From NCBI GenBank assembly GCA_963724295.1, contig CAVRUC010000008.1, positions 64,001 to 128,000 of the forward strand: a DNA stretch of 64,000 nt. The letters are read 5' to 3'. The notes under the pieces were generated by a model. It searched no databases. It saw nothing but the letters and a program-made list of their open reading frames with translations, and was not told the origin of the DNA. The position numbers were made by a program, and so were the translations under genes. Below are positions 26,422 to 36,942 of the stretch, piece by piece; positions within the stretch are counted from its first letter, which is position 1, and the number at the start of each line of letters is the position of its first letter. This DNA comes from an uncultured Chloroflexia bacterium. GTDB lineage: Bacteria > Chloroflexota > Chloroflexia > Thermomicrobiales > UBA6265.

Positions 26422-28629
26422 ATGAGCATCTTGGCACCTGATTCCCCGCCGCGAGCGGACGACCCGCGGCGAAGCGCGCGGGCGTGGATCGGCGCGCCGT
26501 TTCCGCTTGGCCCCCATTGGGACGGCCAGGGCGTCAATTTCTCCCTCCTCTCCGAACACGCAACGGCGGTGGAGGTCTGCCTCTTCGCTCACCCCGATGA
26601 CCCGTACGAGACCGAGCGCATCCCCCTTCCGGAGCGCACCGGCCACGTCTGGCACGGCTACATTCCTGAGCTCGGACCGGGCCAGGTCTATGGCTATCGC
26701 GTTTACGGTCCGTATCGTCCTGAGGTCGGTCTGCGCTTCAATCCGGCCAAACTCCTCATCGACCCCTACGCCCGCGCCATCCACGGCCGGCTCGATTACT
26801 CCGGGCCGATCTATGGCTCCGATGCAGAGGCTGGATCACGCGCCGACGACCATGACCGCGGCTCACGCGATGATGCTCCCGCCATGCCTCGCTGCGTCGT
26901 CATCGATCCCGCATTCGACTGGGAGGATGACGCAGCGCCCCGGGTTCCCTGGGGAGAGACCATCATCTACGAGACGCATGTCAAAGGGTTCAGCCGGCTC
27001 TTTCCAGAGGTGTTACAAGAACTGCGCGGAACCTATCTCGGGCTGGCCCAACCGGCGACCATCGACTACCTGCGCAATCTTGGCGTGACCGCGGTGGAGC
27101 TTCTGCCGGTCCACCACTGGCTCGACGAGGTGTCGGTCGCCGCGCGCGGTCTGACGAACTACTGGGGCTACAACTCGATCGGATTTTTCGCGCCGGACGC
27201 GCGCTTTGCCGTCGGCGGCTCTCTTGGCCAGCAGGTCACCGAGTTCAAGCAGATGGTCAAGACGCTGCACGCCGCCGGCATCGAGGTGATCCTGGATGTG
27301 GTCTACAACCACACCGCCGAGGGCAACCACCTCGGTCCCACCCTCTCCTTCCGCGGCATCGACAACCCGGTCTATTACCGCCTGGTCCAGGATGACCCTC
27401 GTCTCTATGTCGACGTCACCGGTACCGGCAACACGCTCAATGTCCGCAACCCCAACACCTTGCGGATGGTCATGGACTCGCTCCGCTATTGGGTCCAGGA
27501 GATGCACGTCGATGGCTTCCGCTTCGATCTTGCTCCGGCGCTGGCCCGCGAGGCATTCGATGTCGACCGCGAGGGATCGTTCTTCGACGCCATCCACCAG
27601 GATCCTGTCCTGGCGGGGGTAAAGCTGATCGCGGAGCCATGGGATATCGGTGAGAACGGCTACCACGTCGGCAAGTTTCCCACCGGCTGGTCCGAATGGA
27701 ACGGAAAGTACCGCGACGGCGCGCGCCACTTCTGGCGCGGCGACGAGGGCTGGGTAGCCGACATGGGCTATCGGCTCACCGGTTCCTCCGATCTCTACAA
27801 GGCGGACGGGCGACAACCCTTCGCCAGCATCAACTTCGTGACCGCGCACGACGGCTTCACCCTGCGCGATCTCGTCTCCTACGACCACAAGCACAACTGG
27901 GCGAATGGCGAGAACAATCGAGACGGGTCCGACGACAACATCTCCTCCAACTATGGACACGAAGGGCCGACACCGGACCAGGAGATCCTGACCGTGCGCG
28001 CCCGGCAGCAGCGGAACTTTCTCGCCACCCTCTTCCTGTCACAGGGCACGCCGATGCTCCTCGGCGGCGATGAGATCGGCCGCACCCAGCGCGGCAACAA
28101 CAACGCCTATTGCCAGGACAACGATCTCAGCTGGTACGACTGGTCGCTCCTCGCCCGGGATGACGACCTGCACGCGTTCGTGCAGCGGCTGATCCGGATC
28201 CGTGCCGAGCAGCCTGTCCTGCGCCGCCGCCATTTCCTGTATGGCAGCCGCCTGCGCGCGATCGGGGCGAAGGACATCACCTGGCTGCACCCCGGCGGCG
28301 GTGAGATGACCGCCGCCGATTGGCACGACCCGGGTTTGCACGCCCTCGGTCTCGTGCTCCACGGCAACGCCATTGATGAACTGGGTCCGCACGGCGAACC
28401 CATCTCCGGCGACACACTTGCCATGCTGCTCAATGCGGGCAGAACGGAGGTGGAGTTCGACCTCACCCAGCAGGGCGATCACGGCCCGGCGAGCTGGGAG
28501 ACCCTCGTCGACACGATGCATCCGCCGGACAATGACGGGTTGGTCTACCGCGCCCGGACCGCGGTGGTCGTGCCCAGCAGGACGCTCCTGCTGCTGCGTG
28601 AAATCCCGCCGGCCACCGGGTCAGACTGA
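26422..28629 (+). CDS. glgX: Glycogen debranching enzyme (GH13 isoamylase)
   Basis: PFPLG, KLLIDPYA, IYETHVKGF, NYWGYN, DVVYNHTAEG, VDGFRFDLA, AEPWD, NFVTAHDGFTL, GNNNAYCQDN. Confidence 0.97.
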   Translation: MSILAPDSPPRADDPRRSARAWIGAPFPLGPHWDGQGVNFSLLSEHATAVEVCLFAHPDDPYETERIPLPERTGHVWHGYIPELGPGQVYGYRVYGPYRPEVGLRFNPAKLLIDPYARAIHGRLDYSGPIYGSDAEAGSRADDHDRGSRDDAPAMPRCVVIDPAFDWEDDAAPRVPWGETIIYETHVKGFSRLFPEVLQELRGTYLGLAQPATIDYLRNLGVTAVELLPVHHWLDEVSVAARGLTNYWGYNSIGFFAPDARFAVGGSLGQQVTEFKQMVKTLHAAGIEVILDVVYNHTAEGNHLGPTLSFRGIDNPVYYRLVQDDPRLYVDVTGTGNTLNVRNPNTLRMVMDSLRYWVQEMHVDGFRFDLAPALAREAFDVDREGSFFDAIHQDPVLAGVKLIAEPWDIGENGYHVGKFPTGWSEWNGKYRDGARHFWRGDEGWVADMGYRLTGSSDLYKADGRQPFASINFVTAHDGFTLRDLVSYDHKHNWANGENNRDGSDDNISSNYGHEGPTPDQEILTVRARQQRNFLATLFLSQGTPMLLGGDEIGRTQRGNNNAYCQDNDLSWYDWSLLARDDDLHAFVQRLIRIRAEQPVLRRRHFLYGSRLRAIGAKDITWLHPGGGEMTAADWHDPGLHALGLVLHGNAIDELGPHGEPISGDTLAMLLNAGRTEVEFDLTQQGDHGPASWETLVDTMHPPDNDGLVYRARTAVVVPSRTLLLLREIPPATGSD

Positions 28630-28693
28630 TCGACTCCCGCCACAGGCAGCGTGCGACCGCACATGCGCCCTAGCAGCTATGAGCCAATCCCCA

Positions 28694-30442
28694 TTAGCCG
28701 ACTCGCACTGAGCGCTGCGGCCAGCCGGTCGCACCATTCGGCAGGGGTGGGTTGTATTCCTCCGGCGCGACGTTGCCCTCGCCATCGGTCGCCCGCATCA
28801 GGATATTCGCGGCCGCCCCGCTCGCCTCGAACGGGAACACCCAGCGCACCCAGGTGAAATCGGGGTTGATCGATGGCTCCAGGGTGGCGTCGGCCCAGGT
28901 CGCACCTTCATCGAGGCTGATCTCCACCCGGAAGATGCCGCGATTCCCGGCCGCGGCCACCCCGGCCGCGATCGCCGGCCCAGCCGGGATCTGCTCGCCC
29001 TGCGCCGGGGTGTCGATGCGACCCCAGATCTGGTACGGGGCGGGATCACTCCAACCGCGTGTCTGCCAGTAACCCTGGTAGTCATTGTCGACGGCTTCGA
29101 TCCGCTCGACCCACTTGACGTTCTTCATCCCGTAGATTGGCGGGACGATCAACCGCGCCGGGAACCCGTGATCCGGCGGCAGCGGCTCGCCGTTCATGCC
29201 GGTCACCAGCAGCGTCGTCGGATGCATCGCCTGCGCCAATGGGATCGAGTCGTCATAGCCGTCGGCAGCGCGGAAGACGATGTCGACCGCCTTCGGATCT
29301 ACCCCGGCTTCCTCCAGCAGCTCGCGCAAGGGGAGACCGGTCCACTCCGCGGTCCCGGCCAGGTCCCCGTTCAGCTCATTGGAGATACACGACAGTGTCG
29401 TGATGTTCTGCGTCCTGGCGCGGGCGACGATATCGTCATAAGAGAAGCTCAGGGGCCTGGCGACCAGACCGTCGATCGTCAGCGACCACGAGGCGCCATC
29501 GACCACGGGATCAGAGATGTTCTTGGAAACGTGGTAGAAGTCCGCCACCGAGGTAATGACCGGGGTCAGCTTTCCTTCCGCCTCGAGCTCGGCAAACGGC
29601 TCCTCGGGACTCGGATCCCATTGAGCGAGCACTTCGTCGGGGGCGTCCGGGGCAAGATCTGGCGACTCAGCGCCAGCCGACGTCGCGGGCGCCGCGCCTG
29701 CCGCGGCCGGCGCACCGTCGCGGGCACGCGCCGCGATCTCGGCCGCGGCCTGTTGCCGGGCCTCGACATCGCCGGCCGAGGGCGCCTTCGCCAGCTGCCA
29801 GCCGAGGTAGCCGACCCCGGCCGCCAACCCGGCCGCGGCCAGGCTGCGCAGCGCCGAGCGGCGTGAGACGCTCGCATCGGCAGCCGTAGGCGCTGCCACG
29901 GTCTCGGGCGCCGGGAGCGGTGCTCTGCCGATCGCCGTCCACGCCAGGGCCCAGACAACGGCAAAAAGCGCCGCCTGGGCCAGCAGCGTGCCTTGATTGA
30001 CACTACCCGCCGCGAAAAACCCTTCCCGCGCCAGGGGGAAAATTCCAACGGCGATGATCAGAAACAGGACGGCGCCCATGGCGATCCCGGCACTGAGCCG
30101 TCCCGTGGCACCCCTGCCGAAGCGCCCTAAGCGGACCAACTGGCCGGCGATCTGACCCGCCCAATACCCCATGCCAACCACGCCAACCAGGACAATCGCC
30201 CAGAGCGTGTTCTGCGCCAGACTGCCGAACGATTCCGTGGCCCAGCCAAATACCGCGGTCGGTGTGAGGCGCGCAATGGCCGCGACCACCGTCTCGGGAA
30301 TTGATTGCGCTCCGGTCGGGGCCAGCGTTACCCGCCAGAGCAAGTCGAGGAACAACACCAGCAACGCCGCAAGTGCCCCGCTGCGTCCATCAGACGCGGC
30401 GTGGTTCGAGATGGCGCGGGAGGATGATGCGTGCGTGGACAT
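28694..30442 (-). CDS. Membrane-anchored sulfite-oxidase-family molybdopterin oxidoreductase
   Basis: N-terminal TM helices, internal SRRSALR, TLSCISN (Mo-ligand Cys), MNGEPLPPDHGFPARLIVPPIYGMKNVKW, GYWQTRGW, dimerisation domain. Confidence 0.92.
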   Translation of the reverse strand: MSTHASSSRAISNHAASDGRSGALAALLVLFLDLLWRVTLAPTGAQSIPETVVAAIARLTPTAVFGWATESFGSLAQNTLWAIVLVGVVGMGYWAGQIAGQLVRLGRFGRGATGRLSAGIAMGAVLFLIIAVGIFPLAREGFFAAGSVNQGTLLAQAALFAVVWALAWTAIGRAPLPAPETVAAPTAADASVSRRSALRSLAAAGLAAGVGYLGWQLAKAPSAGDVEARQQAAAEIAARARDGAPAAAGAAPATSAGAESPDLAPDAPDEVLAQWDPSPEEPFAELEAEGKLTPVITSVADFYHVSKNISDPVVDGASWSLTIDGLVARPLSFSYDDIVARARTQNITTLSCISNELNGDLAGTAEWTGLPLRELLEEAGVDPKAVDIVFRAADGYDDSIPLAQAMHPTTLLVTGMNGEPLPPDHGFPARLIVPPIYGMKNVKWVERIEAVDNDYQGYWQTRGWSDPAPYQIWGRIDTPAQGEQIPAGPAIAAGVAAAGNRGIFRVEISLDEGATWADATLEPSINPDFTWVRWVFPFEASGAAANILMRATDGEGNVAPEEYNPPLPNGATGWPQRSVRVG

Positions 30443-30583
30443 GGAACTTTTCCTCCGGTCGCGAGAATCTGACGGTTTTCGCGAGTAGTCGGGATTGCCG
30501 TGGACAATGGTACGCCCGCACCGCTATCGCGTGCCTCTACGCACTAGTACGGTTCGTTGAAGACATTGGATCATTACAGGGTG

Positions 30584-30676
30584 AGTCGGTAAGTCGGTAA
30601 GTCGGTAAGTCGAGTCGTGAGTCGTGAGTCGTGAGTCGTAAGAAGACTAATAGCCAACAGCCGTTAGCCGATAGCC
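30584..30676. repeat. Composite short tandem repeat
   Basis: (AGTCGGTA)x3 30584-30607, (AGTCGTG)x3 plus AGTCGTA 30613-30640, (NNNAGCC)x4 30649-30676. Confidence 0.85.
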
Positions 30677-30936
30677 CTCGTCACAAGCCCGACCGGGCTC
30701 CGCTCCTAGCGCATTCAGCACCCGGGCTGGCCGTGGTTGCCACAGCAGTTCTGCCGCAGCACGACGCGATGCCAAAGATTCCGCGCCGCCATGCGCAGCT
30801 TGGTCGCGAACGGTGCGTCGTAGTCCGACCAATTGGAGATCACCGCTCCAATCGATGGCCGATCGCCATTTCCGCCGGAACCGCTGCCCGCGCACATCGC
30901 GTAGCCCCCCTTGTGGTTTCCAGCCGAGCTCGGGCC

Positions 30937-31692
30937 TCAGGCTGAAGGTGCGCCGGCGACAAGACTATCGTCGCGAAGATCCGGACACCTGCCGGAGCTC
31001 GACTGCCCCTCATCTGCCTCGTGCGCCTGTACCGTCGAGATGAGCACCTGATCGAGGAACTGATTGATCTCGGCGTAGAGGCGGATCGCGCGCTTCGCGG
31101 CCAGGCCCTGCTCGTCGATGAGCGCGGTGACAGCCCGCACGACCGGGTACCGGAAGTAGATGAACGCTTCGATCGTTTCCGACGCTGACAACCCATGAGT
31201 AGCGCCATTGCGACCGTAGTGCTCGCCGATCTGGCGTGCCTCGTCTAGCAGCGACGTGCGGTCACCAGCAGCCGAGGGAGCCGATGCGTATCGCATCGCG
31301 AGATCGACGAGCCGCCGGCCAAGACGCCGGTGCTCCTCCTGAGTTGACGCACCGTAGGCACGAAACCAGGGGCGCTCGCGCGCGACGCGGAGATAGTCGT
31401 CCTCATACCCGGAGAGCGAGCGATCGGTCAGCGTCTGACGTGAGACGCGCGGCCGCTCCTGCAATCGTGGTCCCTCACCGACGAGGGCCCGCAAATCGGC
31501 TTCGGCATAGCGACGGTGGCCGCCGGGAGTACGGAAGACTGGGACCTTGCCGGTGTCGCTCCAACGGCGCAGGGTGCTCTGATCGACGCCGAGGAACGCA
31601 CACGCCTCGTGGATCGTCAGCCAGCGGCCACCCGACGGCTCGAGCCCTGCCGTCTCGTCGCGGTGGCTTCCCGCTGTCCGCTCACGGGGCAT
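30937..31692 (-). CDS. BldC/excisionase-like (MerR-superfamily) HTH regulator with helical C-terminal domain
   Basis: WLTIHEACAFLGVDQSTLRRWSDTGKVPVFRTPGGHRRYAEADL. ATG 31692 with GGAGG. Promoter TTGACA-N16-TACACT at 31822-31795. Confidence 0.85.
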   Translation of the reverse strand: MPRERTAGSHRDETAGLEPSGGRWLTIHEACAFLGVDQSTLRRWSDTGKVPVFRTPGGHRRYAEADLRALVGEGPRLQERPRVSRQTLTDRSLSGYEDDYLRVARERPWFRAYGASTQEEHRRLGRRLVDLAMRYASAPSAAGDRTSLLDEARQIGEHYGRNGATHGLSASETIEAFIYFRYPVVRAVTALIDEQGLAAKRAIRLYAEINQFLDQVLISTVQAHEADEGQSSSGRCPDLRDDSLVAGAPSA

Positions 31693-31949
31693 GTGCGTCC
31701 TCCCGGCTCCCGGCGCGCTCGAGGGTGCGGTCGGGACGATGGGTCCGCTATGGCGACTCGCCAGCGAATCCGCCATGCTGTTTGAAGCCGCGCCAGTGTA
31801 CATAGCGGCCACGACCTGTCAACTGGACGATGTTGGATGTCGGAGGTCGGAAGTGAGTCGAGGGTATTGAAGTGACGCGGCGACGGCGCTGGCTACAATC
31901 CCTGCACGATGATTCGCAGTGGACGGCGGAAGAGCAGGAGCATGCCGGC

Positions 31950-33377
31950 GTGACCGACGAGCTGAACTTCATGACCGCGCGAGAATTGGCGCGGCGCATC
32001 CGGGCCCGTGAGCTTTCCGCCGTGGAGGTGCTGCAAGCCCATCTCGCTCAGATCGAGCGCGTCAATCCTGTCATCAATGCCATCATCACCCTCCTGCCGG
32101 AGCGCGCCCTGGCTGATGCCCACGCCGCCGACGCCGCACTCGCGCGAGGCGACGACGTCGGGCCACTTCATGGCCTCCCCATCGCCCATAAGGACACGCT
32201 CGCCACCAGGGGGATCCGCACCACCCAGGGCTCGCCGATCTACGCCGACACCGTTCCGGACGAGAATGCGCTCATCGTCGAGCGCATTCAGGGCGCGGGA
32301 GCAATTCCGATCGGCAAGACGAACGTCCCAGAGTTCGGCGCGGGCTCGCAGACGTTCAACACCGTCTTCGGCACGACGCTCAATCCCTACGATCTCTCGA
32401 CGACCCCCGGGGGGTCCTCCGGCGGGGCCGCCGCGGCCCTGGCCACGGGCATGCACCCCATCGCGGACGGCAGCGACCTCGGCGGCTCACTCCGCAACCC
32501 CGGTGGCTATTGCAACGTCGTCGGATTTCGCCCAACTCCCGGGCGCGTCCCCAAGATCAATACGAAATCAGCCTGGTTCGACATGACCGTCAATGGTCCG
32601 CTGGCGCGCACCGTTGGCGATGTCGCTCTCATGATGAGCGTGATTGCCGGGCCCGATCTGCGCTCACCAATCACCCTCGAAGACCCGGGCGCGGCCTTCG
32701 CCCGGCCGCTCGAGCGGGATTTCCGTGGGGTGCGCGTTGCCTGGAGCCGCGACCTGGGCGGGCTCCCGGTCGATCCGCGCACCACGGCGGTGCTCGAGTC
32801 CCAGCGCGTCGTCTTCGCCGACCTGGGTGTGGAGCTCATCGAAGCCGAACCCGACCTGAGCGACGCCGACGAGGTGTTCCACATCTATCGCGCCTGGGAC
32901 TTCGAATTGGGTTACGGTGATCTTCTCGATAACCACCGCGACCAGCTGAAGGACACCGTCATCTGGAACATCGAGCAGGGGCGCGCCCTCACAGGGCCAG
33001 ACATCGGCCGCGCCGCGCGCCTGCGCTCCGAGATCTATCGCCGCGTGCACGACTTTTTCACCGAGTACGAATTCCTCCTGCTTCCCGTCTCTCAGGTCCC
33101 GCCCTTCTCCGCCGACATCCCCTACCCGACCGAGATCAACGGCACGCCAATGGCCACCTACATCGAGTGGATGCGAACCTGCTCGCGCATCACGGTGACC
33201 GGCCATCCCGCCATCTCCGTCCCCGCGGGCTTCACCCCGGAGGGTCTCCCCGTCGGTTTGCAGATCGTCGGGCGCGCCCGCGACGACTGGGGTGTCCTCC
33301 AGCTTGCCAACGCCTTCGAGAGCGCAACCCATCACTGGCGCCACCGGCCTCGTTTGCAGGCCGCCATCACCGCCTAG
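31950..33377 (+). CDS. Amidase-signature family amidase
   Basis: GPLHGLPIAHKD, GKTNVPEF, PGGSSGGAAAA, GSDLGGSLRNP, GLPVGLQIVG. Confidence 0.95.
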   Translation: MTDELNFMTARELARRIRARELSAVEVLQAHLAQIERVNPVINAIITLLPERALADAHAADAALARGDDVGPLHGLPIAHKDTLATRGIRTTQGSPIYADTVPDENALIVERIQGAGAIPIGKTNVPEFGAGSQTFNTVFGTTLNPYDLSTTPGGSSGGAAAALATGMHPIADGSDLGGSLRNPGGYCNVVGFRPTPGRVPKINTKSAWFDMTVNGPLARTVGDVALMMSVIAGPDLRSPITLEDPGAAFARPLERDFRGVRVAWSRDLGGLPVDPRTTAVLESQRVVFADLGVELIEAEPDLSDADEVFHIYRAWDFELGYGDLLDNHRDQLKDTVIWNIEQGRALTGPDIGRAARLRSEIYRRVHDFFTEYEFLLLPVSQVPPFSADIPYPTEINGTPMATYIEWMRTCSRITVTGHPAISVPAGFTPEGLPVGLQIVGRARDDWGVLQLANAFESATHHWRHRPRLQAAITA

Positions 33378-33496
33378 ATCCGGGGCGACGGCCGGCGGGC
33401 CCGGTTTGCCACTCCGCTCGCACGACTCTCGCATGCAACCTGATTCGTTCGAGATCGCCTGATGCACGTTCGAGGATTCCGCTCCTGGGAGATATC

Positions 33497-34609
33497 GTGG
33501 AACAAGTGTCCAGCGGCCCGCCCGCCAAGCGAACAAGACGCAGGGTGCGGTTCTACGTACCGCCACCACCGCTGCCGCGACATGCCTATCCCCCGCGCAC
33601 TATGGAGGCGACGCGGCTGCTGGAGCATTTCTTCGTCTCGGCGGTGGTCACCGTCTTGCTGATCCGCGCCTGGCTCGGTCTCACCGGCTATCCGCAGATC
33701 GGGGGCGATGGTCTGCACATCGCCCACATGCTCTTCGGCGGCATCGGCATGCTGATCGCGCTCCTGGTGAATCTGACCTTTCTCGGGCGGCGGACGCGCG
33801 TCTTCGCGGCGATCGTTGGCGGCGCCGGCTTCGGCGCCTTCATCGACGAGCTGGGCAAGTTCATCACCAGCGACAACAACTACTTCTACCAGCCGGCGGT
33901 CGCCCTGATCTATGTCATCTTTGTCTTGCTCTTCATCGCCGGGGAGCGGCTTGCCTCAGACTCCCACACCACGCCGGACGAACGCCTGGTACAAGCCCTC
34001 GACGTCCTGACCAGCGCCACGATCGAGGGCTATCCGAAGCGCGAACGCGAGCAGGCCTCCCAATTGCTGGCCGAGAGTGATCCCAAGAATCCGCTGGTAC
34101 CCGCTCTTGACCAGGCGCTCGCCAGAATCGCCGCAACACCCGACCCGGCTGAGAGTCTCGCCGAGCGGCAAGCACAGCGACTAACGACGTCATACTTCTG
34201 GCTGGTCGGCCAGCGCTGGTTCCTGATGCTCGTTCTGGTCATTGCCGGCGTCGCGACCCTATCGAACCTGCGGACCCTGGCGGCCACGCTTCTCGCCAAT
34301 CCGGCGGATCGACGCTTGCAGATGTATGTCGATTCGACCACGGGGCTACTCTCGATTGCGACGCTCATTGCCAGCGTGCTGCTGATCGGCGGACTGCTCC
34401 ACTTACGTGGCTCACTCCTGGTGGCCTTCCGCTGGTTCCGCCGGTCAGTCCTGGTGTCCCTGCTGGTGGTTCAGCCGCTCGCCTTCTACGAGCAGCAATG
34501 GACGGCATTGATTGGCCTGGCGCTCAATCTGGTACTGCTCTCAGCGCTCGAATTCGGGATCGCGCGTGAATCGGCGCCTGCTGGCGGGATCGTGGCCACT
34601 TACGCGTAA
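33497..34609 (+). CDS. Conserved multi-pass membrane protein of unknown function
   Basis: GYPQIGGDGLHIAHMLFGG...GFGAFIDELGKFITSDNNYFYQPA. About 8 hydrophobic segments. Confidence 0.8.
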   Translation: MEQVSSGPPAKRTRRRVRFYVPPPPLPRHAYPPRTMEATRLLEHFFVSAVVTVLLIRAWLGLTGYPQIGGDGLHIAHMLFGGIGMLIALLVNLTFLGRRTRVFAAIVGGAGFGAFIDELGKFITSDNNYFYQPAVALIYVIFVLLFIAGERLASDSHTTPDERLVQALDVLTSATIEGYPKREREQASQLLAESDPKNPLVPALDQALARIAATPDPAESLAERQAQRLTTSYFWLVGQRWFLMLVLVIAGVATLSNLRTLAATLLANPADRRLQMYVDSTTGLLSIATLIASVLLIGGLLHLRGSLLVAFRWFRRSVLVSLLVVQPLAFYEQQWTALIGLALNLVLLSALEFGIARESAPAGGIVATYA

Positions 34610-34669
34610 TGAGTCACAAATTCACGAATACGGTATCTTTTCGCGCCTGCCTCTAAAGGTCTCTGAGCA

Positions 34670-34897
34670 TCAAACGCTTGTTCGTTCAGACGAGCGATAC
34701 ATGGCCTCGGGAGCGGGCTCGATATCTTCGGACTTGACAGCAAACCAGGCTATCGTCGCCCCGTCGGGACGCGAGAACTCCACCTCATACCCATCTTCGT
34801 AGATGTCGAGGATGAAACCAATCGTGCCTCGACCCACGCCTTTGCTCACAAAGCGATCTGTCGTCAGACGCACCGGGCTAAACTCGGGGAGTGGCAT
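34670..34897 (-). CDS. DUF4926-like small protein
   Basis: VRLTTD...GVGRGTIGFILDIYEDGYEVEFSRPDGATIAWFAV matches the DUF4926 pattern. Confidence 0.7.
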   Translation of the reverse strand: MPLPEFSPVRLTTDRFVSKGVGRGTIGFILDIYEDGYEVEFSRPDGATIAWFAVKSEDIEPAPEAMYRSSERTSV

Positions 34898-35061
34898 GCT
34901 TTCATTCTTTCCGGAGCTTGCGCGAGAAGCCACTGAATGGGGTCGTCTACAGACAGCCTATGACTCTTCTGCGCCATTGCGCAGGCTATCTTTGTGCTCC
35001 AGAACCCGTCCAACGCGGACTGCTAGGCTCGGCGTGGGCTCACCGTCAAGGGGAAGGCAGA

Positions 35062-35406
35062 TCAACCAGCCGGCTCGGCGCGTGGTGCCACTCCCGAGCC
35101 CACGGGTTTGGCGGCAATCTCTGCCCAAAATGCGTCGTACGCAGGATCGCTATGCACCCGGATGACATCCCAGGGAATCTCGATCTCCCCGGCTGGTGAG
35201 GGCACCACCAGGTGAAAGTCTTCTACCCGCAGGTTACGCCAATCCGGTTCTGGCTCGTCTGGCGACACTAGGCACCTGGGAGATAGTCGAGCTTCAGAGC
35301 CATCCGCGAAGTCAATAATGACTTCACCCCCTCGATACAAGGCGGCTACGATCCGTTGATAGTCAAGTGTGTCCCATGGCTGTGTCGCTCGCGACGCCGC
35401 ACTCAT
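35062..35406 (-). CDS. DUF2442-like putative antitoxin
   Basis: IVAALY...VIIDFADGSEARL...LVVPSPAGEIEIPWDVIR. ATGA overlap with the DUF4160 gene. Confidence 0.55.
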   Translation of the reverse strand: MSAASRATQPWDTLDYQRIVAALYRGGEVIIDFADGSEARLSPRCLVSPDEPEPDWRNLRVEDFHLVVPSPAGEIEIPWDVIRVHSDPAYDAFWAEIAAKPVGSGVAPRAEPAG

Positions 35407-35645
35407 GACGATGTCCTCTCGTGATTTGGCAGGTCCCAGGCGCGTCGCAGTTCTTCCAAATGTTCTCGGAGCAACTCCCATGCCGCCGCGGGTGGCTCTA
35501 GGCCGCTGAGCACTTGCACATACTCGAGATCGACAACGCATGCTCCATCTGGCCAGTAGACGTGGCAGTGGGGACGGTGGTGCCGGTGTCCACGTTCGTC
35601 ATAGACGTAGACGCGGATGTGACCGCGTTGGACGACCTTGACCAC
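35403..35645 (-). CDS. DUF4160-like putative toxin
   Basis: IRVYVYDE...HHRPHCHV...AWELLREHLEELRRAWD. Promoter TTGACG-N17-TACGGT (35680-35652) ends 6 nt before the GTG. Confidence 0.75.
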   Translation of the reverse strand: MVKVVQRGHIRVYVYDERGHRHHRPHCHVYWPDGACVVDLEYVQVLSGLEPPAAAWELLREHLEELRRAWDLPNHERTSS

Positions 35646-35717
35646 ACCCTCACCGTATCGCCAGATCGTGATATCGTCAAGTGACAGATCGATCGGGCGA
35701 GGAATGGCCAGCCGCGC

Positions 35718-36722
35718 CTACGGCTCCTCGAGGCTGTCGCGCAGGATGTCCATGTGCTCCAGGGCCAGACCGGTGCCGACCGCCACGCAGGAGAGCGGGT
35801 CGTCGGCGACGTAGCAGGGCACCCCGGTGACCTCCATCAGCAGGTCAGGCAGGTGCCGCAGCATGGCGCCGCCGCCGGTCAGGATCATCCCTTTGTCGAT
35901 GATGTCGGACGACAGCTCCGGAGGCGTCTCTTCCAGCACCGCGCGCACCGCCCCGATGATCGCCTCCAACGGCTCGGTGATCGCGTCGGTTACCTCGTTG
36001 GCGTGGATCTGGATCGTCCGCGGCAGACCGGCGACCTCGTCGCGGCCCCGCACCTCCATGCGGATATCTTCGTCCACCGGCATGGCGCTGCCGATGGCGA
36101 TCTTGACCTCTTCCGCGGTCCGCTCGCCGACCCGCAGGTTGTATTTGCGCTTGATGTAGTTGGCGATCGCTTCGTCGAAGCGGTTGCCCCCAACCCGCAG
36201 GGAGCGAGCGACGACAATTCCGTTGAGCGAGATCACCGCGACCTCGGTGGTACCGCCGCCGATGTCGATGATCATGTTGCCGGAGGGATCGGCCACCGGC
36301 ACGCGAGCTCCGATTGCCGCCGCTAGCGGCTCGGAGATCAGAAACGCCTTGCGCGCTCCCGCGGCGAGGGCGGCATCACGCACGGCGCGCCGTTCGACGC
36401 CGGTCACCCCGGCCGGGACGCAGATCATGACCTCAGGCCGCACCAGCGAGAATCGGCCGCAGCTCTTGTTGATGAAGTAGCGCAGCATCTCCTGGGTGAC
36501 GACGTAGTCGGCGATCACCCCGTCGCGCATCGGGCGCACGACTTCGATCGTCTCACGCGGCTCGCGGCCGAGCATATTGCGCGCTTCCAGCCCGACCGCT
36601 TTCACTTTGCCGTCTTTCGCGGAGATCGCCACGACCGACGGCTCGTTGATGACGATGCCACGACCACGGAGAAAGACGAGGACGTTGGCCGTCCCGAGAT
36701 CGATGCCGATCTGTTTGGGCAC
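35718..36722 (-). CDS. mreB: Rod shape-determining protein MreB/Mbl
   Basis: [55 protein letters not shown]. Confidence 0.97.
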   Translation of the reverse strand: MPKQIGIDLGTANVLVFLRGRGIVINEPSVVAISAKDGKVKAVGLEARNMLGREPRETIEVVRPMRDGVIADYVVTQEMLRYFINKSCGRFSLVRPEVMICVPAGVTGVERRAVRDAALAAGARKAFLISEPLAAAIGARVPVADPSGNMIIDIGGGTTEVAVISLNGIVVARSLRVGGNRFDEAIANYIKRKYNLRVGERTAEEVKIAIGSAMPVDEDIRMEVRGRDEVAGLPRTIQIHANEVTDAITEPLEAIIGAVRAVLEETPPELSSDIIDKGMILTGGGAMLRHLPDLLMEVTGVPCYVADDPLSCVAVGTGLALEHMDILRDSLEEP

Positions 36723-36942
36723 GCGGTTGCGCTCCGGACGCTGCGGAGAAAAGTCCGGGTATCACGGCACTATCTGCAACCGTGCCCGGTGGGCCAGATG
36801 GCGCGATAGTACCATCCGCCAGTCCTCACTGACAGGACCTGTAGCCCACCAGAGCCACGAGTACCCTGGACAGACCGTCAGGATCTGTACCGTGCCCCGG
36901 CAGCGTGGCGTGATACTGATGCTGGCGAGAAATTACCGCGCT

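Noticed and set aside
30584..30676. CRISPR array (also considered for 4881-4997 and 56231-56274)
   Set aside because: Units are 7-11 bp and contiguous, with no unique spacers and no cas genes.
30937..31692. Prophage/ICE excisionase marking a mobile element
   Set aside because: No integrase, att-like tRNA or phage genes. The HTH is fused to a long C-terminal domain typical of a regulator.
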